From: the human T2T-CHM13v2.0 reference genome, Homo sapiens
Reading direction: 5' to 3' (one strand)
NCBI RefSeq assembly: GCF_009914755.1
Contig: NC_060946.1
Length of the DNA: 64,000 nucleotides
Below, in pieces: positions 39,871 through 59,856 of the stretch. Each line of letters opens with the position of its first letter. Positions within the stretch are counted from its first letter, which is position 1. Position numbers and translations under genes: made by a program. The notes below the pieces were generated by a model. It was not told where the DNA came from, ran no database searches, and saw only the letters and a list, made by a program, of their open reading frames with translations.

Positions 39871-41740
39871 GCTGCCATCAAAAATAAGGATTAATTTAGA
39901 AGATAATGTACAATATGTGTCCATGAGAAATCTGCTCCCGGGGGTATTCTTGACTTAAACAAGGTTGCAACGAAACTGGGAGTCCGAAAGCGGAGAGTGT
40001 ATGACATCACCGATGTCTTAGATGGAATCGACCTCGTTGAAAAGAAATCCAAGAACCATATTAGATGGATAGGATCTGATCTTAGCAATTTTGGAGCAGT
40101 TCCCCAACAAAAGAAGCTACAGGAGGAACTTTCTGACTTACCAGCAATGGAAGATGCTTTGGATGAGTTAATTAAGGATTGTGCTCAGCAGCTGTTTGAG
40201 TTAACAGATGACAAAGAAAATGAAAGACTAGCATATGTGACCTATCAAGACATTCATAGCATTCAGGCCTTCCATGAACAGATCGTCATTGCAGTTAAAG
40301 CTCCAGCAGAAACCAGATTGGATGTTCCAGCTCCCAGAGAAGACTCTATCACAGTGCACATAAGGAGCACCAACGGACCTATCGATGTCTATTTGTGAGA
40401 AGTGGAGCAGGGTCAGACCAGTAACAAAAGGTCTGAAGGTGTCAGGACCTCTTCATCTGAGAGCACTCATCCAGAAGGCCCTGAGGAAGAAGAAAATCCT
40501 CAGCAAAGTGAAGAATTGCTTGAAGTAAGCAACTGATGGCATTTGAGAATTTATGTATCACTGAGTTTTTTGGGAATATCTTCCTGGAGAATTACGCATC
40601 AAATTTGATTCTCAGAGCAATAAATTATCCATGAAGTGCTCTCGTTCTCAGTAGCGGCATCATGGCCAGTAGTGTCTTTGAGGAGTTCACCACTTAGATT
40701 ACTGAGTAATTGTGGTTTCCACATTTGAAAACAACTCCTTTTATAATTATTCACTGCTTTTTGTCAGTGAAATAGACATCTTGCCTCCTGAAGTAGCTTC
40801 ATCACAGAGTGTCATGAAGACGGACAGTCAGGCTGAAAAGGACAGTTCTTTGTGGACTCTACCCTTCCCTTCAAGGAGTATGTCATATGTCACAAAAGAA
40901 ATTGCCTTACACTGGTTCATGTTTGCAGTTACTGTTGTACATTGCATAGATGTACACACGAATTTAAATGTGATGTCTTTGTATATATCTGTATAATGTT
41001 GAGATTACTTACGAAATATGTCTGAGTGACACTTTTCACTCTCGTACAGCCAAAATAATGTATATATGGAAAGTGACAGACAAATTCTCTAATCTCTTTG
41101 GTATCTATAACTTATTAGAATCCTCTGGATGAGGGTTAGAAGAGACTTTTTCCAAACTTCTACATGTAGAAGTATCATAAATGTGCTACACATTTATGTT
41201 TGTGGATTTAATTAAAGTATTTTAATATGGTTTTCAGTGCTAAAATTGGAGTCAGATACTTCTTGGTTTTAAGCTGTCTACCTAATTGCTGTCTCCCAGC
41301 AGATCGGTGGCATGCCCAGTGGCTTTGGGGGCAAGGATAGAAATGTCATCAGGAAATAGCTGAATTCATTGTGAAACATGAATTCAGTCATGGTGATAAT
41401 TGGAAACTCCTTTCAGGTTTTTGCAAGTAGATTTTGTAATGTTTGTGTATGCAGCCTTGCTGTTGAGTCAGTCCAAGGGGTTTTACTTAGGACAAGTTGT
41501 ACCTTGCCCTCTCTCCAGCTCTGCTCCCACATTTTCACATACCTAGCTATTTCTACCTCATTGGGTAAGTCATTTACCACTCTGTGCCTCAGTTTACTCT
41601 GTAGTTTACCATTAGACTGTGAGCTCCTTGAGGGACTTTGTCATAATCACTGTTACATCCCAGTGCCTCACACCATGCCTGGCCCTTAAGAAGTGCTCAA
41701 TAAATGTCTGAACAAAAAAAAAAAAAAAAAAAAAAAAAAA
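39511..41740 (+). pseudogene. E2F6: Processed E2F6 pseudogene (E2F6P1/2/3-type): 5' UTR, disabled CDS, full 3' UTR, poly(A)
   Basis: Intronless. ATG at 39789 (MSQQRPARRLPSLLL); [27 protein letters not shown]; [28 protein letters not shown]; native stop TGA at 40534-40536. Lesions: two frameshifting gaps (about 39850 and 39929) and TGA at 40396-40398. AATAAA at 41699-41704 and A27 at 41714-41740. Confidence 0.96.
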
Positions 41741-42627
41741 TCAGGTCTAAAGATGAGCCATCCAAGAAACTGCTCTTGCTCCCAGAGGTTTTGAAGAAAG
41801 TCATTCCCATGAACGTGAGAAGTAACCCAACACTTTGAAATGATAATCTTTTTACAGCAATAACTGTTGCTGCAGGGCTTGAGAAAAAAAGTTCTCTTCC
41901 TTTGGGTTAAAGTCTTAAATGCTGAGCCCGTAGCCAGCAACCTTAAAGACTACTCGGGTCCAGTTCATTCTATCTGGAGGAGTCACTTGGGAATTGAAAA
42001 CACAGGAAAACTTTTTTTCTGGTCCATGAACAAACAAGAACGCTTAACTGAATTAGACACAAAACTAAGTATTTATGGTTGTCATCTTAACAGGTTTCAA
42101 ACAGGCTTCATTTTAATTTAACATAATTTCAAAATTATAGCAAAATAGTCAATAAAATACGAACGTGCTTAATTTGATGAATTTATGTGTTTTTTGAAGA
42201 AAATATGCAGAATAAACAAGTCAATTATTCTCACTAAATACATTAAGATTTAAGGGTAATATTTTTATTATGACTTGCTCTCCTGATATAGCAAAATTTA
42301 TTGTTATATAGTTATGGAAGGAGGCTCACTACTCCCCAATGATTTCACAAATTACAGCTTCAGCCAGCTATAAAATAACCAAATCAGTTCTGATATAGCC
42401 ATAAAATTAAGCCTGAAAAAATAGTGAAGTAAATCATCCCTTTAAAATCAAGTTGTTGAACAATATGTTCTGCATGATTCCATTTATGTCAGAAAAAATA
42501 TATTTGTGTAAGTATATACACAGAAAAGGGTCTGGGAGAATATATACCAAACTATAAAGAATCTATATCAAAGTCAATAAGGGGCATAGACAAGGAGGGG
42601 AACTTTCACATTTTACTTTCCACATTC

Positions 42628-42905
<278 letters not shown>

Positions 42906-42974
42906 CTTTCTACATTCTTGTAACAGAATTATAGTCACCGTTACCTCCATCAAAAAATTAAAATTCAAAAATTA

Positions 42975-43276
<302 letters not shown>

Positions 43277-44338
43277 TTAATTAATTAAAGCAAACAAATA
43301 TAAGCTACCTCCTGAAGTAGAAACCAGTATCTCTTCACCTTACCTTTACATAATACTTTACCCTAATGCATTTTATCTGCTGTTCTAAATCATGACTTAC
43401 TTCAAATCAAATCTTAAGTGAAAATCAAGATTTCCTTTTGGGGGCATTATACAAAAAAGACTGTAAAATTTCATTCTCCGAAAGTCTTTTTAAAAAGGGA
43501 TAGATTGTATCTGGCTGGGATAGGGTAGGTGTGATCGGACCCGGAGGAAATGACGGCTGCTCAACTGTGCATCTCCTTTCCTCACCCTGCTGAAAAGTGC
43601 CACCTAGCATGGTCAATCAAGGTCACCAATGCAAAGCAGTAGTGGGCAAACACCACCCAGGTTATCCAAAGCAGCACATGGGGTTGGGAAACTGATGACC
43701 TTGGAGATTTCAAAATCACCTAACAATAACCCCGCCTTCCCTAACCACAGGGCTAAGCAACCTAATGGATGGAACATATGTGTGCTTTGGTCATCCGCAA
43801 CCCAGACCACTAGACTAATTTTGCTTTAGAACTGGACTATATCAAGTGTGAACGATCATACTTGTTATCATGTGGGAAAAAAGGTTTAATTACTCCCTAA
43901 TTGTCTGGGAAACAAAAGATTTCAAAATACGGAGCTCCTGGGGGAAGGAGAGTTAATAAAATGGGTCCTTGAGAAGTGAAGTGGGAAGCCTGCCTCATGC
44001 CATGGCACCAGCGATGCCACAGGTGTACCCAGTGCCCTGCCGAGAGCAGAGACGGTGTTCTCAGAGTTGCTATCAAAAAGGAGGCAGCAGACTGCATTCT
44101 GAAGCATCAGACAATGGGTCACATGCGGAAACAGAATTAAATACACAAAAATAGCACCAACTTAAGGCAAGCCTGGGCAAACTGCACTACATCAAAGAAA
44201 GAACACACAACTGGTATCAGATTTTTTTTTCTGTTTTAATAAAGAGAAGGCCTGGACACCTGAAAGTTGACGGGAAGCAGGCATCACTAATTTCTCCGAG
44301 TTCACAGTTTTGTTAGAATGTCTTTGCTCTGATTATGG

Positions 44339-44862
<524 letters not shown>

Positions 44863-45912
44863 TGACTGCAGCAATTTTTACAAATCTACGCCCTTAGGGT
44901 TCCCATCCCAGGACGTTCAGGTTTCTCCACCCCTTTAGAAGTGCCCAGAATATCCCCTACCCCACAATTCCAACAGGACGTCACTCTCCTCTTACTTAAG
45001 AAAAATGCCTAAAATTCCAGCCCTTCCAAAAGGCCTTTCTAGATTGACCACTCAGGAGTTACTCTGGCCTCCCCTTCACTCCTGCTAGACTGAAAACAAG
45101 GACAGACTTGCCTGGCCTCTCTCCCCCAGTAGACACCTACCCCCAGTGAACACATCCTGTCAGTGTCCTCCCGTCCATTTGCAAATTGATTGACTGTTTC
45201 ATTGCTGGCCTTGGATGACCTCTCCTAGAGGGCAGGGACGGTGGTGTTCGGCAAAGCCTTGGTCGTCTGGATAATGGGAAATGGGGTCTTCTGGTGAATT
45301 TAATTACAGGGTTAGGTGGAAACTTTGCTTCAACTCTCATTATTAGAAAGTCTATTGTAAAGCTTTTTAAAATACAACTGACCACTTTCCAGCGAGGGTA
45401 GAGTTAATATGCCTTAATCTTTGATTTAGGATCTTGCAGTGCCCCAGGCTCACCATTCTCTTCTGCTACTATAATTATAGATGCGGAAGACATACAGACT
45501 GGGCTGACGACTGCTTGGAAGCTAATTTCTAGAATAAACCCTTGCTACCACATCTTGTGATTTTTGCCCTTCTGAAGGTGGAGTTCCAAAATAAAAACAA
45601 AATCCCGCTTAACTGAGGGTTCCAGTTGAGGGAGGTCTGCTGCCATGGTCTTTGTTAAGTGCCTGCCACCATGGCCCACAATTAGTCAGTTAATAAAGGG
45701 TTCTTGATGAGAGAATTTGGCAACATGTGATTTTCCACAAATATAAGCTTGATTTTGATGCAACCACTCATTTCTTTGAAAATCAGGGGGCATTCACACA
45801 CAGGTGTTCTAGATTTCCTTACAGTAAAACCAACCCTTTACAAGGAATAGCTGTGTTCACTTTGAAGCAGTAAAGAAGCAGGTGTCCACTCATGGCAAAT
45901 GAGGAACTCCCC

Positions 45913-46235
45913 TTTTTTTTTTTTTTTTTGAGACGGGGTCTCGCTCTTTTTGTGTGTGTGTGAGATGGGGGCCACCCAGGCTAGAGTGCAGTAGTGCAAT
46001 TACAGCTCACTGTAGCCTCAACCTTCTGGGCTCAACCAGTTCTTCCCACCTCAACTTCTGAAGCAGCTGAGACTACAGGTGTGTACCACCATGCCCAGGT
46101 AATGCTTTTGATTTTTAGTAAGATGAGGTCTCGTTATATTGCCCAGGCTGGTCTCAAACTCCTGAGCTCAAGTGATCCTCCTGCCTCAGCCTCCCAAAGT
46201 GCTAGGATTATCGGCATGAGCCACTATGCCCAGCC
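45913..46235 (-). mobile_element. AluJ
   Basis: Reverse AluJ consensus. Confidence 0.85.
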
Positions 46236-46659
46236 AGAAGCTAAAAATATTAATCAAGGAGTCATAACTAAGGATGCACTGCACACCCGAAGCCAGGGAC
46301 CACAAGAGGTCAGCAACTGGGACTGCTTCCTCCAGTTCCCAGGCTGGGGCTCAGCAGCAGTGGCCTGGGCTCTGGGGACTTACTTTAAGCCGAAATCCCA
46401 AACTCATTATCATTCAAACCAATTTTCTGTGTCCAGCATCATCCCACCTAAACTGGTCCTTAAAACCACTGACAGTCATTTCTCCAATCTGTAAAAGGCC
46501 TGCTGAGGCCTTTGCATTATCAGGACTTAACTGGGAGTAGAATGCCCTCCCCATCCAAATCCTGACCATTTCTGAACACTCAGCCCATGTCCTCTTCCTG
46601 AGTGTCTTCCCCAACAACAACCACCTACACTGAACTTTACTTTGATCTCTGCAGGAAAC

Positions 46660-47222
<563 letters not shown>

Positions 47223-47763
47223 TAATCACTAGATTAAGAGGATTTGGATAAAATTTATAAATGTACAAACTTTGCTACCAAGGACTGACACATTTACTTT
47301 TCTAGCTCATCAGTTTATGTCCTAGAAAAATTCCAGAGCCACATTAACCAGCTGTTTCCTATTTTTCATTTTACGATGGTGTTTCCACTTTCACCTGCAA
47401 AGTGACTAATAGTAATACCTATTACAGTAATTTAAGTAACACCATTTAGAGTAATTTCATCTTTAGTACTGTATTTATACTACTAAGAAAGCCGCCAACG
47501 ATTCAAGCTGCACTCACTGGTGAAACCCTATGCTATATATGTAATTAATTTATTTCCTAAATTCTTACCTCCCTCCACCCCCTCCATTGGAAAATAAACT
47601 CTAAGAATGCAAAAGTTTTTGTGTGTTTTTCTTCAACGCTTAGAGCAGTGCCTGGCACCTAACAGTCAATATCTGCTAACTTTGATGAATGAATGGTATA
47701 TTTATATTATGCAATATTACTATGCAGCCATGAAACACAATGAGTTAGAGTGGTACCAGCTAA

Positions 47764-48860
<1,097 letters not shown>

Positions 48861-49599
48861 CGCTTATTTGCAAATGAATACATGGATAATGAGGAATAAT
48901 ATGAAAGGTTAATGACAACCTTGGTGATAGGGTACAGGAGACTGGGAGAGGAAGATAAGTGTTGAGGTAGAAGAAGACAAAAAATAAAAGGCTAAAACAA
49001 TAATCCAGGGCCAGAGGCCATGAGTTGGGAGATGGAGCAAGACGAAGTGTACAAAGAAATGAGCATAAATCATAAAAATGAGGGAACTAGGGTTGAAAAC
49101 TCCAGCAAGTAGTTTGTAATGGGGGAGATGAAGCAAACCTAAGTAACTGCAATGATTCAACGGAATTTGCAGAAAATGCAGAAGGGCGAGAAAAGCAATG
49201 AAAAAATGGATCAGAAGATTTAAAATTGGCTCTACCCCACCAAAGTTTTAAAAAGCAAGCAAGAAGAAAATTCAGTTGCTCCTGGGCAAGAATTCTTGGG
49301 CCCAGTGGGGTAGAACCAAACCATGATAAGGAGACACCAGTGTTTTGTAAGCAAGAGAATATATTAAGGAGAGAAAAGGGGCATTTATTGGGAGAAAAGG
49401 TCTCACTGTGATTGTTCTGGAATAAAGTAGCCCCATCGGACTGCCTCAGGAACTCATGGTGGAAGAGGTGCCACTGGAAAATGGCTAAGTCGGGATCTTC
49501 CCCAAGAACACTAGAAGAGACAGAGGAAGAATAGAAGAGCTTTAAATTTTAGCAGATATTTCTTTTTCTTGTTTAATTAAAATAAATCTTATTGACCTA

Positions 49600-50090
49600 A
49601 TATTTTTGAGACTGGGCTCTTGCAATGCTCCCCAGACTGAACTCAAACTCCTAGGCTCAAGAGATTCTTCCACTTCAGCCTCCTGAAAAGCTGGCACTAC
49701 AGGTGCACACCACTGGGCCCAGCATAATGGCTATTTCTTGACAAATCTTGACAATGCCACCAGTATGTTTTTCTTTAGAGACAGAGTCTCGCTTTGTAGC
49801 CCAGGCTGGAGAACAGTGGTGTGATCCTAGCTCACTGCAGCCTCAAACACCTGGACTCAGGAGATCCCCCTGCCTCAGCCTCTCAGGTAGCTGAGACTAC
49901 AGGTGCGCACCACCACACTTGGCGAATTTTATTTTATTTTTTTTTATTATACTTTAAGTTCTAGGGTACATACACCTGGCTAATTATAAAATGTTTATCT
50001 GTACAGACAGGTTCTCGTTATGTTGCCCAGGCTGGTCTCGAACTCTCGGCCTCAAGCAATCCTCTCCTCCTCACCTTCCAAAGCCCCGAA
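49600..50090 (-). mobile_element. AluJ fragments, one interrupted by an about 45-bp L1PA 3' end (49927-49971)
   Basis: ttttattatactttaagttctagggtacat is the reverse complement of an L1PA terminus. Confidence 0.8.
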
Positions 50091-50205
50091 ATATGCCCAC
50101 ATCCAGCCTGCCACCAGTTTCTTTGCATACTTCTTTCCTAGGCTTGACCAAGACCTTTACTTTCTTCTGTGTACAGCTCAGCATTGGAAAAAAACAAAAA
50201 AGTTT

Positions 50206-50509
50206 AGGCTGGGCACAATGGGTCACGCCTGTAATCCCAACACTTAGGGTGGCCAAGGTGGGAGGTTTGCTTGAACCCAGGAGTTCCACACCAGCCTAGG
50301 CAAGATGGCAAGACCACATCTCTCCAAAACAATTTTTGTAAAATTAGCCAGGTGTGCTGGTGCGGGCCTGCAGTCTCAGCTAGTGAGAAGACTAAGGCAA
50401 GAGGAACCCTTGAACCCAGGAGTTCAAGGCTACGGTGAGCTGTGATCACCTCTCCAGCCTGGGTGATAGGGTGAGACCCAGTCTCTGAAAACAATTAAAA
50501 ATAAAAAAA
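50206..50509 (+). mobile_element. AluJ
   Basis: Diverged Alu consensus. Confidence 0.85.
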
Positions 50510-51627
50510 GTTGAATAATGAGTCTTCTTTTTAGAGGCAATGTATTTTTCCTCTTTTTGTTTTCCTTAGGCTATATGCACAATAGACAAAGTTGAAATTT
50601 AATCTTAATCTCGTAAACCCTTACTGTCCAAACACATCAAACTCAAAAAAAAAAAAAGACAAAAACAAAAAAGGTGAAAGGTGTACAAGAGAAAAAAGGG
50701 AAGTAATCTGTGCCAAATGTACATTCCTTCCACAATTTGGGACAAAAATGATGCCTACCTGGTCTCTGGGTGCCAAAATAAGACATTAGAGACACTCCCC
50801 TCCTTCAAGAAATAAAATTGGAATCAGACACTAAGATACAATTAAACAGACTTTGAAAGTTGGTATGCACTACTGGGAGGTGTCTCACAGCTGGCAGGGT
50901 CAACTGCAACTAGAAGAAAAGCTCCTAAGGGCAGAAACTAAGTGGCTCACTTCCTCTGTAACACTGCCGTGCCCAGCACTGTACCAGCACCCCAGCAGAG
51001 TCAACAACTTTCCGTCAAGCCACACACTTACGGTCTCATCGTCCAGTGGAGGCCGCAGATGAGACATAGTGTGCCAAATCCCAAATGCACAGGGTGCCAG
51101 ACAAGTCTGCGGGAGGCAGGAGGACTAGGGAAGCCTTCCAGGCAAGGTGATGCCTGAGCTGAGTTGTTTTTCTTTTGAGTTTGGAACATTAATTTAATCG
51201 GAGGAAAACAAGGGACATGAAAAGGGCAAGGAAATAAGAAAATGAGCTGAGTTTTGAAGGCAATGATCAGATGAAGTGAGAGAAGAATATTCCAGCAGAG
51301 GGAGACAAGGAGACTGCAGAGATTTCAAGGGGCCAAGAGCTGTTCGGTGCAGCTCAGTGAAGCACCTAAACAGAGGTGGGGGAAGGAGAACAGGGGTCAA
51401 AGCCCAGTATTGAAGTGTTCTGGATACCAAGCTAAGGAGACCTTATTACGAAGGTACTGGGGCTGCTGAAGGGTTTAAATGGGAGAGTGATTGTGAACAG
51501 ATTAATAGTTTGGAAAGATACAGGCAGAAGTAAACCTCTGGATTTAACCAAAAAATAAAGGACAGAACCACAATGAAGATGTTGGAAAAGATCAGGAAAA
51601 ACACTGTTAAAAGATATTCACTCTCGG

Positions 51628-53926
<2,299 letters not shown>

Positions 53927-54504
53927 TGCCTCGCGCGGGTACCTGGCTGCGCTTATTAATCCGTTAAGCTGGCTCTGTCACGGGCGCCGTGATGTGCTCA
54001 CGCGCCCGCTCCCTCAGGTTTAAAAGGCGCGTTGCCCGGCAACAGAAGAAACTGCTGGCTTAGCCTTTGGCGGAGTTGGCGGCTGGACGAGGACGCTCAG
54101 AGCCCAGCTCTCGAGAGTTCAAGCAACCGACGGTTCCCCACTGCTCCCAGGAGCGGTTACCTGGGCACTCTGTGCCCCTCCTTCCTGTTCGGGCCCAGGC
54201 CGAGGACCTGCCAGTAGGGCTCAGTTGCCTGGAGCCCGTTCAGCCCATCCCCCAGTTCACTTTGCTTGTGGGATCTCCCCGTTGCTCCTGCCCGTGGACT
54301 GAGTGGCAGGCCATCCTACAAGCACCCGGACACTTGACATCAGTGGTGTCAAGACAACTCTAAGAAGGTTTTCGGTGATCCTGCAAGCCCTGCCTTCCTT
54401 CCTGGGATCCTGCCTTCAATTTGATTGCACAGGTACCACAGCAAGCCAGTGCTGCGTGCTCCGAGTTCCAGGGCGTCCTCCAGCTCAGCCACTGCACTGA
54501 GAAC

Positions 54505-58508
<4,004 letters not shown>

Positions 58509-59856
58509 TTGGCCTGTGAGCATGGGTTTGATTTTCAAACAGGACCTGGAGGGTAGGGACAGACAGTGCTGTCACCCTTAGGTGCTGAACACTCAGAAAC
58601 GGGCCAGCGGCAGCCCTTCCCTCACCTGCAGACACCAGATTGGGCAGAACAGCACGTGGCACTTGCAGCTCTTGCAGTGAGGGCAGAACCCAGTGTCAAC
58701 CCTTCTGCCTGTGGAAGGGGCTGCTGAGGCCTGCGGAGAGGCCAGGGTGGAGGCTCGTCCCCTTGTCCAGCCCTTGGCGTGGTCTCCACCAGGTCCCCAG
58801 CCCACCAGTGCAGGGCGCCCCTGAGCCTGCTGCTGCCACGGGCCCTGTCTCTACCCAGGACGTCCCCCCACCCTCGCAGTGTCAGGGAAATGATCATGGT
58901 GGCGGTGACACTCCGCAGGCAGGGCTGCTGAGAGAAGCTGAGAAGGGTCACACTGCAGGCAGGGGCCCGTGTGACAAGCCCCTCTCACCCCGAGAGAGCT
59001 GACCAGGCAGCTCACGAGCAGAGCCACATCCCGGGAGTCCGAGAAAGGTCCTGGCTGGGCTCAGCCACCTCATTGGCCACAGGCAGCCTTTGTCGTGTGA
59101 GCCTTGCTCTCCTGGGGAGGCTCAGGCTGACGGCTGATGTGGGCATTGCCGAAGGTAACCTGTGGCCCAGTGTATATGGCCGGGTCTCCTCAAGTTGCAT
59201 TCATTCAAGTAGGACCCAGGGTGCATGCCCATCTCCAGCCCAGGGCAGCTCCCCTGTAAGCTGGGTGAGCTACTGAAGCCAAGGCGGGAGGCAGCTGACA
59301 ACACCCACAGCCCATGCGGAGGTGGTGGAAAGGCTGGACTCAGCAGCAACACCAAATCCTGGACCAGGCAAAAACCACCCAAGACTGAGGGGCTCGTGCC
59401 AGAGCGGTGGCCACAGGTAAGAACCCGGGCCCAGGCTGTGTGGCAGGAATCCGCCATGTCCCAGGGCTTAGCATAGCAAAGGAAGACCAGCCGGGTCACC
59501 CTGGTGGCCATCTGTCCCTGTCCCACCTGCAGAGTCAGAACAGCCTCTCCCCAGTGGGGATCATCTCTCTCTGCCAAAGCAACAGCGGTCCCTGCCCCAA
59601 CCAGACTACCCCACTCAGTGGAGTTACGGATGCTGCTCCAGCATCCTAACACTGCCCAGCTGGTGCCTGCCTGTGCTCACCCACACCCCGCAGGCCGGCC
59701 TTCCCTGCAGCCTGGGCTTGGCCACCTTGGCCTGATTGAGCACTGAGGCCTCCTGGGCACCCAGCCCCATCACTGCACCTGCTGCTTCCAGCCCCACCCC
59801 ACCGGCTCAGGGGTTCTTCCCAGCGGCGCTGATCATGAAGTCAACATGCACGCAAG

